Shown in pieces: positions 25,017-39,120 of a stretch of 64,000 nucleotides of DNA. Numbering within the stretch: position 1 is the first letter of the stretch; every line of letters begins with the position of its first letter. The stretch is taken from positions 693,528 through 757,527 of the forward strand of contig BCIN01000008.1 of assembly GCA_039545335.1 (NCBI GenBank). The letters are read 5' to 3'. The notes beneath the pieces were generated by a model. That model was given only the letters and a program-made list of their open reading frames with translations, was not told the origin of the DNA and did not search any database. Origin of the DNA: Kondoa subrosea. Its lineage: Eukaryota. Both the position numbers and the translations under genes were made by a program.

Positions 25017-27836
25017 ATGAAGGACTTCTCGTATCAAGCGACAATACCGAATTTGCTGGAGCTGCCTCTTTGGCAGCTGATCCCACTTGCATTGTTTGGC
25101 GCGATATTCAGCTATGTCGCGTACGATTATGCGAAAGTCTTGCGTGAGTTGAGCTGAGCTGAGCTGGATGTAAGAAGAAGAGCTCAAACTGAACAATTGG
25201 AACAGGTTTGAGATCAAAGCTACCTCCAGGTCAGTCTGCATTGGTGGTCAGCTGGTGGCATAGCTAAAGATACAAGTAACAATCAGGTCCCTTCCCATGG
25301 TAAGCCTGCCTTCTTACGCTGCGAGAGCTCGAATCCGACAATGCGAATAACAGGCCAATTGTCGGTAACACTTTCATGCTTCCAGACGTCAAGCCCTGGA
25401 TTTGGTTCGAAGAGGTTTCTCAGAAGCTCAATGCGCCGGTCATAACAGTAAGTAAAATTGGCCAGATGATATGGATTGTCGCTGACATGTCTCTCAGATT
25501 TGGATGGGTTCCAGACCTACGTTGTGGATCTGCGACGCATGGGCAGCCGATGAGCTACTGAATAAACGGTTAGCTGAAGTATTTATATGCCAGGGACAGA
25601 TCTAACGATGATCGACTAGAGCTGGTATCTACAGCTCTAGACCTCGTATGGTTGTCTTCGGCGAACTTGGAACGGGCGAAAAGAACTTGGTGTACGCTCT
25701 TCTGATCCTAGCACAATTCGCCGAGCATTTACTTATCGTTGCATACGCAGCACGATGAAATACGGCCAACGCTGGAGAGAACTACGCAAGATTACACATC
25801 ATGGTATTGGATCTCAGCAGACCAAGTCATACCGGGATATTCAAAACGGGGAATCGAAGCAGGTTTGTCAAGGACAGTCTTAACGAACTACAGCTTACAA
25901 GGTTTTAGATCCCATGGGAGATCATGCAAGACCCGTCAGAATATGTCAATCACTTTGAGCGATATGCTGCATCTGTTGTATCGACGGGTTAGCAAAGCAT
26001 CATCCCATTACTTCTGGCGCGACTGATTCTCTTCTAAAGTCGGATTTGGCAGACGCCTAGAGACGTTCAAGTAAGACGAATGCCATATCCTGCAGATACA
26101 AGGCTCATGATCTGTAAAGAGATCCTATTATTGCCGAAGTCATTTGTATGTGCTTCCCAGCTGTTGCAAGTAGTTGTTAATTTGATCTGATCAGTCGTCA
26201 TGCACTTGGCTGCTGCTCTCAATGTACCAGGAAAGACTTTCCCTATGCTTATGGAGTCATTTCCAATTCTATCGAAATTTCCTGGTTGGGCACCTTGGTT
26301 GCGGACGACCAAAGGACGTGCAAAGGGTCGAATCTTCTTCCAACACCTGGCTAAAGAAGCGTATGAAGACAACCCAAACCCTAGCAATTGTGTGTGATCT
26401 GGTCGCATCTTCTGACATTCGGCTCAATTCGATAATTAGGCAAAGAAATTTATGAGAACTTTGTCGACCAGTACAAGCTTGATGATGAAGAAAGTGAGTC
26501 AAATCTAGTGCTCGGGGTATATTGTAGCTAATTGCCCTAATCCCAGTTTCCGGTCTGGCAGGTAATCTGTATGCCAGAATTGATTTTGCCATAACTTCTA
26601 CTTGCTAATACTTGTCTCTTGTAAAACAGTTTCGGCGCAGGATCTGGTGCGTAAAACAATACACGTAAGGTCGAGACGCTGACTGAATGGCTGACTATAG
26701 ACACTTCCTCCAGTACTCTCATCTCATTCGTCCTTGCATGCATCGCTTTCCCGGACTTCTTGCCCAAAGCATGGGAAGAACTCGATAGAGTTGTCGGACA
26801 AGATCGCTCGCCTACATTCGAAGATCAAGAGAACTTGCCTTACATCAATGCTGTTTGTTCTGAAACGCTCAGGTGGCGTTCTGTAGCTATCATTGCAGGA
26901 CAACCTCGTCAGTACAACGGCAATTCCAGAGACTCCAAAGCTGATCATGGGTTTCCAGATGCCAACATTGAAACTGATGTATGGAATGGTTACGAGATTC
27001 CCAAGGGAACAGTGAGTACATCGCCCTACGTATAGATTCCACAACTGATATTCTATGTCCTCAGTGGGTCCAGTACGTTTGCAAGCTACTTTCCAGAATT
27101 CTGTTGACGACTAGAGCAGAGCTAACCTTTGGGCTATTCATCGCCATCCTCGCGAATTCCCTGATCCTGATCGTTTTGTAAGTGAAGTTCTTCTTGGGCT
27201 TGTCTATCAACTGATTGCAAGCGAAGAACCCCGATCGATATTTGAAAGAGAACAGACTGCCCTATCCTGGACCAGACGGCTACAGTGCTTTCGGCTATGG
27301 CAGGAGGATCTGCGCAGGTGCGTCGAGGTGCCGTGTTCGCTTTTACTATACTGATTGTATGTTACAGGCAAAGCACTTGCTGAGCAGGGAACATTTATCG
27401 TCAGCCTACATTGTTGATGTCTCCTCGAGTACAAGCTGATACATCTGCGAATCAGTCCATCGCACGCATGTTATGGGCATTCAACATTACTAACGCTCTC
27501 GATGCGCAAGGCAAACCCATTCCAGTCGATGTATGTGTCACTATGACCTGTGGAAAACAGGGACTTTAATGTCTATGCGACAGATTTTCAACTACACCAA
27601 TGGCTTGAATATGCGCCCTCGACCTTTCCCAGCGCGCTTTATTCCTCGCAACGCGACAATTGCTGCTACTGTTGAGCGCGAAGCCAAAGAAGCTTTGCAA
27701 GATCTAGAACGCTACAAGTCAGTCGCACTGATTCATATTATACAATTACTGATGCGCGTGCAGTCTACCTACCAAATTCACTCTGGCTACAACGACCGTG
27801 CAGAATGATGCAGCTCTGCGCAAAGTTATCAAGTGA
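25017..27836 (+). CDS. Cytochrome P450 (CYP64 clan, CYP530-like), highly fragmented by introns
   Basis: LPPGPFPWPIVGN, IYSSRPRMVVFGELG, ETLRW (ExxR), heme motif FGYGRRICAG. Confidence 0.93.
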
Positions 27837-28139
27837 TAGCGCATGTATTTCTTTGCGAGCGGTCAGGGACGGAGTCTTTGATGCTGAGAGGGTCCACAAG
27901 GCATTGTAAAGAGCGTGTAACAGGACTGTAAAGTGAGATTGCATTAGTAATCAGAGACCGGTCCTCTCAATGACACAGTGTCTTACCTGTGTGCAATCCT
28001 CCCGCATGCGTCGCTTGATCTACAGCCGAGAGAAGTGCACATTAGTACTCCCTTCAAGCGTGCGGACTCGAACATTTATTCATTTTGCTCTGCATGCTGC
28101 CAACAGCGAAGCCCTGTTCTTTGTGCTTGTATTTCTGAA

Positions 28140-29769
28140 ATGTCTGCTCCCCTTCTCCGCCAATCCCTGCCAGATGAAACGCTTGAAGCCATTTTCTCTG
28201 AATTAGTTGGCTTCAGCGCTGATCTTTTGAACGTCTCTCTTGCTTGCAGTGCGTTAAGCCTCTATGCTGTTGTTGTCCGAGTCTAAGAGCCAACACAGCG
28301 CGGTTCAAGAAGATCAGCATTCCATTGCTCTATTCACAGATAGAAGGCAAAGACTTGTGCAAGCGGAAGCTCTATCCTTCTAAGGACGCAGGCAGCTATA
28401 CGTGAGTGTCTCTAGCTCACAGACGCATCACTGCTCACATCTCAATAGACACACTGCGACATGGGTTATGTCGTCAAGTAGCTCGAACGGAAGATCTTTG
28501 AGAAATCTACGGCAGTGTTGCAATTTGCGCTTTCTCGAGATTATTCTGCCAGAAGGCCGAACCCATCACGAATACAACAGCAGATTGCCCAATGAAGCGG
28601 AATTGTTGGCTTTGCCTTTCCTCGACAGCTTGCAACATGTAGTGTTGTCTCGAAGTCGGTGTCGTACACTAGAAACAGTACTCGCAATCTGACCACTGAT
28701 TCGATAGATCCCCATCACCACAACATCGAAGCTATTGGCGCATTCATTGCGGCCATTACCGATTTACGTGGAATAGATATAGCGGATATGTGTATGGCCA
28801 GCCTGATATTGCCTCAAGAGAGTCGACACCATTCTGCTTCTTTCGCCAATCTCAGATCTTTGACATATCAACCCTGTTGTCCAAATCAGCAGAGTGGTGA
28901 AGCTGGCCATACCGAAGATGAGGCGCTCGCCATTCTTCTATCCGCATGCCAGGAAACTTTACTGTCTCTTGATCTTCTTCTGCCTGTTGATGCATGGTCC
29001 GCGAGATGGCCGTTTGGGCGGTTTTCTTCTTCGGATGAGAATAACGAAGCCTTTCACTTTTCCAAGCTCATGGATCTCACTATATTACCTATCGAGATCA
29101 CAGTACGTTCATAGTTGAATTGATCGGCTCTCGCATTCTCATTGATCATGTCTAGACTGCCAAAAGCTCCGCGGAAACCTGGCTAGACTTCTTCTCGGTC
29201 TTGCCAGCTTTGCAGAAAATCCACTTTGAGTCCGATCTTATCTTCGAAGAAGCGGGCATCAATGCGCTGCTGATTGGAATTGCACATTCCAATTCAACCA
29301 ACAAGACTTTACGAGAGCTACGCCTGACTTGCGGCGAGTCTCTCCCGCACTGTAGTTTGTCTTATCTCGCTCATTACCATCCGCTCAGGTGGATTCGAAA
29401 GCTGTGCAGAACACAACTACATTCAATCCGACACGTTCTTACCATTGCTCGATCAGACGCTCTTCCCTGTTTTACAATTGTTTGAGATGGAATTGGGATT
29501 AGGAACAGTTGAAGATGTGGAATCATATTTCTCTGGCTTCGGCACCATTCATACTCAGGAAGGCAAGAGAGCTCGAGCGAAAGAAATGTTTCTGTGGGAT
29601 TATGCAGGTCTGTGGGCAAAAAGACCTGAAATCAACTGGCATTTTAGATTCTGGTGAGTCAAATATAGCACTTGTGCAGGAGCTGATAGTCTCCATGATC
29701 ATAAAGCCACAACGAGAACTGGTCGGGAATATATGGCTTCCATTCCGAGCAAGGCGAAAGGGTGATTGA
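28140..29769 (+). CDS. F-box domain protein, lineage-specific
   Basis: QSLPDETLEAIFSEL...DLLNVSLACSAL F-box; downstream LRR-like exons (LRFLEI, LRSLTY, LRELRL). The 3' end is uncertain. Confidence 0.7.
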
Positions 29770-30072
29770 ACTGTTGTGCAATGCAGACTCAGAAGATAGC
29801 GGGCGTAAGTTACCGGTGCATCGCAAGGGAACTCGTATGCATGCAGGGGGAACTGACTCGGATCATCTCTAGGCGTGCAGGACCATGTCCGCGATGCGAC
29901 TAATTGATATCAGAAATAAGACAGCTTTTTGAAGAGCAAATCTTGTACAAATAGCTTGCATAGTAACAAAACATGGTTGAACCGACATTTCGACACTGAT
30001 TGTACAATAGATAACACTTGCGAGTGAGCCTTAAGAATGACTTTGATATCGAGCAAGGCAGGCTTTATCTCC

Positions 30073-32452
30073 TTACAGCTTGGCCTTTGCATTAGCTCTG
30101 TCTCTCAATATACGCCTGTGCTCATATTATTAGCACAGGAAAGCATCGATGTAAGTACTCAGGCGTTACCTCAACAATTTCCCAGAAGGATTCTTCGGAA
30201 TAGCCTCGATGAATTCAACACCTCCCGAGAGATGTTTGTATCTGATGGTCTTCTGCTTCACAAAGTCAATAATCGCCTCTTGTTTCTTTTTCTGTTCTTC
30301 AGGTTTATTGTTGACTTGACTTTGGGCTTCTGCACTGAGAACGACAAAGGCTTTTGGTTTCTCTCCTCTCATCTCGTCCTTGACTCCTACCACACATGCC
30401 TGTAGAGCGATATTTGTATTGAGCTTTGTCGGAAGGCAAGTGAAAGCAGAAGATATACATCTTGGACATCAGGATGAGTCAATAGCAGGCCTTCTAGTTC
30501 TGCCGGAGCGACCTGTAACAACAAGAAGGCGTCAATATGTGCCCTACGTAGAGGATAGAGCTTTGAACTTGCCTGCATTCCGTTTGTTTTAATTCTTGAA
30601 CACCAGATCATCAGAGTTGGCACGGCGAACAGAGATGGGCAACATACAATTCCTTGATTCGATCAGTGATGAAGATTGCACCATTTTCATCGATATAGGC
30701 TTCATCTCCAGTATGAACCCAGCCATTCCTGAACGTTTCCTGTTCAAGTGATTCAAATCTCAATTGGATACTGCTCAGAACAGACAAAGCACAACATACT
30801 TCTGTGGCTTTCTTATTGTTTAAATAACCCATAGTGACAGAAGGACTCTTGATGAGCAACTCGCCAACTTTGCCAATTCCTTGAGGTTTGCCTTCGAGAT
30901 CAATGATCTGCAATTGACAGTTTCTGCAAACAGTATGTCAAGGTCATCCATATCGTGGAATTGCAGACATACGATAAAAGTACACCAATACTACCTGCAG
31001 GGAACTCTGGATGTTGTAGACTGTTAGGCGCAGAAGTGACCACCGTTGCTGCAATACAAAATCGACTTTTTGAGCATCTGTTCAAGCTGAATTCAACACA
31101 CTGACCAGTCTCAGTCATTCCGTAACCTGAACAAGGAGATTCAGTCACTTTCACGACGGAAGATGAGACAAGCTCACCTTGACCAATAGCAGCTTGAGGT
31201 AACCTCTGTCTCAAGGCCTTCAAAACATCTCCACCCAAAGGAGCAGCACCGATCTATTCATTCCGTGTTGAGGATCGTATGAACGGGATTGGGCAAATAA
31301 CTCACCATAATATGCCTCATAGAAGTCAAATCTGCTTTTTGTGCTTCAGGGCTTTTGACCAACATGACAACCATAGGAGGAACGAGATAGAAGAGATCGA
31401 CCTTGTATTTTGGGATGAGGGAAAGGAATAGTGGGAAGTCGAATTTAGGTAAGACTACTAATGCCACTCCTACAAAGAGCTGCGAATGTAGAACCACAAT
31501 GAGACCATAGATATGATAGCTATTTCTTGCAACATCAGACGAGCGATAATCGCGATAGAGTGGAGACTTACAAGGGTAAGACTGCCAGACAGCGAGACTT
31601 GTTTGGAGTGTAGCAACCTTGACGGAAGGAGTTGTACTGCAAGACATTGGCCATAACATTGTAGTGCGAAATCATGACTGCTTTAGGTAGACCAGTAGTA
31701 CCAGAAGAGAAGGAAAGGAAAGCGATCTTGGTCTTCGCTTCACCTTTTGACAATTTGTATCGAGTGAAATCTTTGCCTGATTGATGTTTCTTCATCAAGT
31801 CATCAATCGTTGGTACCGAAGCTCCTGAAGGTGCTTCTTCCATCAAGCTGATCAACTTTTCATCTAATCCAGCTTCTTTGGCTGCTTCACGAGCTGTGTC
31901 AATCGAAGCTGGATGAGTGATCATAGCTTTGATCTTGTTGGTCTTGGAAACTGTAGTAATTTGATATGCGAGTTCTCCAGCCAAATATGATGGATTGGCA
32001 GCGCTGATGATACCACCAAGCTGCATAGTTGCCCAACAACAAGTAGCCTTTTGTTCATTCGTCAGCGTCAAAGCCTTTTTGTAACGAATTGGGATACTTA
32101 CAAACTCTTGCGAATTCGGAGAGAAGATCAAGACCACATCATTCTTGCCTACGCCGTACTCGTTTTGAAGAGCTTTGCTTAGGAGATTGGTCCGTTTGAG
32201 GCATTCCGCATAAGTGGTCTCTTTGCCCGATTTCGGATCAATATACCAAACCGCTTTTGATGGATCTGATCTGAAAGATGGACGGAAATTGAACATGAAT
32301 TCAGGAATGTCCATATCGTCAGGGATATTTGGGACATCGTCCTATGACGCCAGCAACATAGCTTGATTTGAGTCTCGTACTGGCAATGACTGGTACCGAG
32401 AACATACGAGTGTTGAGGAGAAGACTCCATCTTTCTGAGTAGCCCACTTCAT
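30073..32452 (-). CDS. Peroxisomal acyl/aryl-CoA ligase (4-coumarate-CoA ligase / phenylacetyl-CoA ligase-like)
   Basis: FSSGTTGLPK, GYGMTE, TGD, DRIKEL, PKNPSGKLLR; C-terminal PTS1 -AKL. Confidence 0.93.
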
Positions 32453-33063
32453 ACTGTATTGCTGCTATACGGAGAACTACGATTGTTCAAGCGGGGCGCC
32501 GACTTCAGACAACTTAAGGTGTGACGAATATGAGGCTGCCTGGCTGCAGAGATTGACTTGATGAAGAGAAAGCTATAGCACAAGGAGTACAGGCACAGAT
32601 GTAGCAAGTGATCGTCCTGGAATAAGCATGAGTTTCAAGATTAGCCGAATGTTGACAGCAAACCATGTGCAGCCCAGTACAAGTTGGAGCACAGAGCACA
32701 GCAGAGCAGAGAATACCAGAGTAACCAGAGATCTCAGAGATACCAGACCTAAGGAGAGCCACAGCAGGCAGTGTCATTGTGATAAGAAGATTCGGTTAAC
32801 TCGATTTTTGCTCGTTCGCTTGCTTAAATGCCTCAGCTTCTGCACCTGATGCCTTCGTAAGAGTACTCAAATGTTACCATACTCGATTCTTCGCTTGAAT
32901 GCTACATTTCTCGTTTAGATGTGACGTTTCATGACTCAACTCGGTCAAAGGGAACATGAAACCAGACAGTCATAGTCTCTCTCTTTCTGCTTTCCTCTCT
33001 CGCTCTCTCTTCTTTCAAACCAATTTCTCTGCTATTTTAAACATCATCTTGAATCAACCTAAC

Positions 33064-35380
33064 ATGGCATCAACCTTCGCCCTTCCTCCCGTCAGCAGAT
33101 TTCCGCCAGCTTCGCATCCTGAGTTTCCAAGGCCAGTCACAGCAGTAAGTGTTCATTTCAGTTTATAGCTCATGGGCCACGCTGAAATTCCTGCTATGAT
33201 AGTCTCCTAAACATTTTGGAGAATACCAGAAGACCTTTGATCCAAAGCATTCTGATCATCAACAGTACTTGCCTTCGGATACATCGCCTCAGAAGCTTAA
33301 AAGTGAAGAGATCTTATTACGATGCTCTTACGTATACTACCGCACGCATTTCTCGGAGCTCGGGGGTATTCATCTTGACCCGAAAACTCATCAACCCAGC
33401 CTGGTAGATTGGCAAAATTGGCTGGACCATCCAAATCTCAGTAAAATGATAGCTGGCGATTATGCTAATTGGATGGATCTGTCAAGACTGCAGAAAGACT
33501 ATTGGGAAGCGCAAGCTAAGATCCACAAAGACTTGCACGATCAGCAAGACCGTCATGTCAACCCTGGCCTGTCATCCTTTTCCAAACGTCCACACAATAT
33601 GAGACCAGCATATTCAGCTCAACAATTACACTACCATTGGCAAGTGGAGATGGCCCAAATGGCTGCAGCTCATGCCAACACCGTAACGCATACCACATCC
33701 CAGGCAGCAAAGACCAGTCAACCTCTGCTACCCAATATACATCACCCCCTTGCTGCTGATGATATTATTATGCCCTCCAAAACTTTAGATGGCAAAACGT
33801 ATGTCATCATCGGTGGTGGATTAGTTGGTTGGTATTTTGCGGCTCTACTGCTTGACGCTGGCGCTTTTGTTCATCTGTATGAAGGGCGAAAAGGCCATCT
33901 GAGGCGCGACGGCGAACCACGAGAAGTCTTTGGCAATTTGTTCCCGCCTCATATTCGTTGGCCTGCTTCTTTGCGCTTCTTTGCCGATGTGCCTTTTACT
34001 GATAAGCAAGAACGGCGCAATGTTTATTTCGCGGATTTCCTCTTCCTCAAAGCGTTCGTCCTTGGACAAATCAAAGCAACTAAAGATTATGACGGCGGTA
34101 GGATCCTATCAGAAGAGCATCTACACCAGTTGAAGGAAGACTATGGATACAATAGGTGCGAGGATCATATATCTAGCATTATCCGAGAACGCTATGGGTC
34201 GGTAAAGGAAGGTCCTTTGTTTTTTCACAATGTGCAGGCAAATTGGACAGAACTGCAGCAGCAGTGCAGTCATGCACAGGCGTGGGTTTTTGCGGATGGA
34301 TACGGCGAACATTCGCTCAGCTCGACGTCGGGGTCTTTCACGTCCATTCCCTTTCGAGCTGATGTTTTGCGCTTAACCAGCCATTATGGTCCAAGAGCAA
34401 GAAAGTTCGAGATTCGAAGTGCGATTTCGAGCACCCGCAAGGATCTAGTAGCCTTTCTTGCACTTCGTACCTTGGCGCCTATCTTGACAAGCAGCGATGG
34501 CCTGTATTCTGTCATCAAGCCAGTGTCGGTGTTGCATGATGACACCACCAACTTTGTGGCACTCAGGAAAGTTCTGATTGAGCATGAACAATCTGCGCTG
34601 CTGAGCAGCAGAACTCAACTTCGATCATTCGAGCAAATCTTGCAATTGGATAGCAAAGTTAGGGCTTTCGCCGACGCTGTAACACCTGTCCTTCAAGGTC
34701 TGAAGGCAGTAGAACTATACGGCGAATGCAATAGGAATCAAATTGTTGCGGAAGTGGGCAACTTTCTTGATGCTGGGCAAGTTCGAGAAGGCAGTACGTC
34801 CTTTTGATCAAATTACACGAATGCTTCGTACTAATAGGGCACTGCAGTTTCTGGGGCGAAGTCTGGTCAGCCTAACATCCATTTTCTCGGCGACGCATGC
34901 TACAAAGCGCCCCTTACAGCACATTTTGCTGCCGCTGTCGAACTGTTGGAAAGCTTTCGAAGCCAGCATTTCACATCAGTCTTAAACCCCTACGCGAATT
35001 TGGCAAAACTTGAGAAAGACAAAGCAGCGGCTCTACTACACGAACATAAGCTCTTCATGACACGTCTCAACCACATTTCAGAACGAATTAGGGCGGATTT
35101 AAAATTACGAGCAAGCATTGAACACCGCAATCGACGAGCTTTAAATTGGGCCCAAGATCCGATCAACTTCAGCTCAACTACAACAGTCTGTGCACTTCTT
35201 GAGAAACCTGCTCCTCTGGTATTGACTGCATCGGAAAGAGCCTTGATCTGGAAATATGCTCAATTTCATCCAGAAGATGACGAAGGATCAAAGAAGCTTG
35301 ACATTTTCAAGGAAATTGACGGCAAAGATGTTCCAGCTGATCCTGCCGCGAAACACATGGCTGAGCATCGCGTCTCCTAA
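33064..35380 (+). CDS. Divergent FAD-binding (flavoprotein monooxygenase-like) protein with long N-terminal extension
   Basis: YVIIGGGLVG...VHLYEGR Rossmann motif, FADGYG (DG motif), and HFLGDACY (GD motif) after the intron at ~34795-34836. Confidence 0.65.
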
Positions 35381-35591
35381 GTAGTCTATACACATTGTAT
35401 ATAATCTTTTTTTTCGTTTAGATTTGTAAAACATTACGCCACGTTGTGCCTTTGCCTCTCGTGAAGCTCGCGACTAGACGACAGTAATACGCAAGTTTTC
35501 GACGCGGAAACAGAAAGTCGATTACTTATTCGCTTAGTCAGCGCTGCTCTTTGTTCGCAACATCTAGGCAGCGCTCTTTCGCTCTGATACC

Positions 35592-36803
35592 ATGCAAGAC
35601 CTCTTCTTCAGCACACCTGGCAACGAAACTTACTCCCTTATAGAGCTGCCATCTGAGATACTGGCCTTGCTTGCAAATGGAACCACTCTGGACCTAGAAA
35701 TCAAAGGCAATGCCACAGACGAGACGATGCTCTGTGCGCCGACTGCAGTGTATGCAGTTCGCGCAGTACAGTCATCCAACTCTATGCTTCTCTGTTCCAG
35801 TTCGCAACAAGGTCTACAAGTATTAACAACTTTGAAGCAGACGCTGGATTGCACGCCTTGTCTGCCTCGATTGGACAGAATAGATGACCTTCTCGCGGAG
35901 CATACCTGGATTCATGATGAACCAGATCTAGTCAAACCTGTTCGTTACAATCCTGTATTATGTTGCGCCAGCTGAATCCCTTCGTCGAACCTCCATAGAG
36001 CAAAAGACTCCGCCGATATACGCTAGAAGATCTATCTTCTCAAATTCAAGCGAATCAGACCCAGATCAACGCCTATATTGCTCTGAAACGCGTACTTCTT
36101 ATCGAGAATTATCTTCGACCTGTCGCTTCTTCCTCTCAGCTTTACCTCTTATCTTCACTCTTACGTGTATACGCTGATACATCACCTGGAGAAGATCTAG
36201 CCAGAGAATTTGCGGAAGATGCGGAAGTGAATCAAACGATAGCTGAACAAGTCATCCAATGGTTTTCAAATTCTGCTTCAAGAGAGTTGGACCTGCAAAA
36301 CTTAGTAACAGAAGTTGGGAAGCTAATATTGCAAACCTGGACTCGAACGCATCAAGCAGCGAAAGAAGGGACAGTGATTTCGCTGAAAGAGTTTATGGAT
36401 GAATGGGCAAAGGTGGTTGGCGAAAAGGCGCAGACACTCTGTGATATTGCTTTACTGCAGGTAAATCTATAGAGGTTCTCCATTGCTCAAGATTAAAGCT
36501 GACCGATGTATTAAGGGCAACTACATTCTTACAGCACCTGATAAGCTGCTTTCTGTTCCTATCAAAACTTTACCGCTTGAACCAGCAGCACGCTTCGCAA
36601 GACTGTTCGCCCTCAAAGCCAGGTGGAGACCAGACGAGATCAAACCAGTCAGTGATTCCCTTTATTTGCCAAGATCTCACTAAGACTTTCCATGACAGTT
36701 CTTGAATGACATAGCAGTCAGCGACAAGGAAAGGGAGAAATTAGTACTTAAAGGTGTACGAAAAGTAAAAGAGGGAAAAGAAATTGTTTACGTATCTCGT
36801 TAA
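35592..36803 (+). CDS. DCC1: Sister chromatid cohesion protein Dcc1
   Basis: YSLIELP, IKG..DETMLC, VRAVQSSNSMLL, LPLEPAARFARLF..KARW. Confidence 0.88.
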
Positions 36804-36987
36804 TGGTGAAAAAGGACAATTACGTTAGAAATACAAAACAAAAGCTGACTATACTACACTAGATTCGAGAAAATTCATTACGTGGTCAGCCTTCTTGCTC
36901 CACTGTTTTCATTGTATTAGCTGCCAATCATTAAATAGCTATTTCGCAAACTTCCATTCCACATCATTCACACAAGTGTTACTATCT

Positions 36988-39120
36988 TCAATACGAAGCT
37001 GCAGATCTAGCTGACATCCGATCGCCATTGACAAGCGTAGGGAAATGAGAGTTTTGCAAAGGATTGTGTTGCTGTTGCATATGCTGGTGTTGCTGATTGT
37101 ATATCGCTGTCGGAAAAGAGTGATATTGCTGAGCTTCGTTTAGCATTGGACCTGAATAATATTGCTGATCGTTCTGCTCTGGTATCTGTTGCAAGTTGCT
37201 CATAGGTAATGAACCTCTTCGACCAGCAGCAAATCCGTTTACAGGAGCGGTATAATTGTGATGCAGTATTGGCTGTTGCGGATGATGCATAGCTGATTGC
37301 CGCTGTTGAGGCGGCATAGTGACCGGAGGAGCAGCAAAAGCAAAAGGGTTATCGTCGGAGAAAGATCCGCGTTGGCCGATAATAGCTGTCGGACTTATCG
37401 TGAGGGGAGCATGGTGGAATGGCATAGGAGCAGTAGCAGGGCGAAGATTTTGATCCATATGACGGGGTAAGGTAGTATTATTATACGCCATAGCTGCTTG
37501 TGTGTGTTGAGGAGCAGGTAAAGAAGTCATTGGTCGTTGGGTAAGATGAAATTGACTGTTCACTGCTTCTGCGCCAGTTTTCGGTCGTTGTCCGGCTGCT
37601 GCAGATCCAGGACGTTTGCGATTGCCTTCGGCTGCTTTCTTCTTCGCTCGCCATTCTTTTCGCATGTCTTTGAATTCTGTCGAACACGATTCATGGGTGC
37701 CGTACACGCATGATAGAAGGTAACTTACCACTCGGTAATCTCTTGAGACCATGTTTTTGGGCAGCAACGTGTGCATTGAGATGATTCAAGCACTGGCTCC
37801 ACAATCAGCTTTTCACCTCATTGCACTTAAGAAGGGAAGAATGACTCACACCATAAGACTTTGTGCAATCGGCGTATGAACAATTGTACATGCGTTCAAT
37901 TTCATCAAACCTCCTTCTCGCCCTCTTCTTTTTCCCACTTCCATTCTGACCATCTCCATTACCCAAATCCGTTTGATATACAGGTGGATACTCGTCACTC
38001 TCATTGGATCCAGGTTCATCTCCATAATTAGTCGAAACCATTGAAGTAGCTGTATCTGGTCGCATCATTGTTGCGGTCAAGGGACGAGGTAGAGTAGCTG
38101 TAGATGGTCGATTATTTGCAGTAGATGGACGATTGGTAGCTGTAGATGGTCGAGAAGTAGATGCAATAGGAAAAGGATCATGAGAAAAGGGATAATGATT
38201 GCTGTTTCTATCTGAAGTATTGGGCGGAAGAAATGTACTTGTAGCGGTAGTAGCAGGATTGAGATTCATAGGAGGAGATACCCGACCAAAAGGTGGGTAA
38301 GGCAAGATCTGTTGCGGCAAGAGGGGACCAGGACTTGGATTGAATGCGAAAGGAGAAGGACCTCCTGATGTTGATGGACGAGCGTTTTCAGCTTGCTGAA
38401 CATACAGAGAATTCTCAGGCAGGGAAAAGACTCTGCCGCGAGAACTAAGCAGCAAGTGATTAGTCAGAGTGGAAAAAACTGTGCATTCACTTGCACTAAC
38501 ATTTGAGCTTGTTGCAAATTAGCAGTAGCTATTTGCTGCTCCAGTGCTTGTTGATAGCCTGCATATTTGGAGTGCATTCCCTGTCCTTGCGGCATATCAT
38601 TTGACGGAACGAAGGCGTCATATCTTTGATTTGGACCTGATTGTAGACCAAGCGAAGGATACAAAGACTGCGCCGGAGCTGTCATGGGTCGCGTTGATGT
38701 AGCTGACGGAGGAGAAAAGCTGAAGGCCGAAGTTGTAGCTGCCGGTTCAAAGTCATCTGGATAGTTTCCGTTCAGGGGAGATTCGCCAAACGAAGCGGAA
38801 GGGAAAGGTGCATCAGATAAAAAAGAAGAAGACAGCTCTTGGTCATGTGAGAAGGCCGCGGTTGTGTTGTTGTTGCTTGTAGAGCCAGAGGAGTGTTCAG
38901 GGACAGAGAAAGACCATTGAACGTCGTTTAAAGAGTCTTGCCTGTACAGCTCTGCTCCGCCAGCTTCCGCATTGGTACTGTTGTAGTCAGCCGGCTTAGG
39001 TGTCTGTGCTCTTGATTCACTCGAAGCTTTGGCTGTAGAAGGCCTTGAATGGACATCACCCAGAGAGTCGCTTAATCCAGGATGTTGCTGCGAGAAGTTG
39101 AGATTGAAGAGGGAGTCCAT
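36988..39120 (-). CDS. C2H2 zinc-finger transcription factor, Con7-like
   Basis: KKRARRRFDEIERMYNC...C.KSYG|LNHLNAHV..QKHG.KR.P.EFKDMRKEWR signature; RPxTA repeats. Confidence 0.88.
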
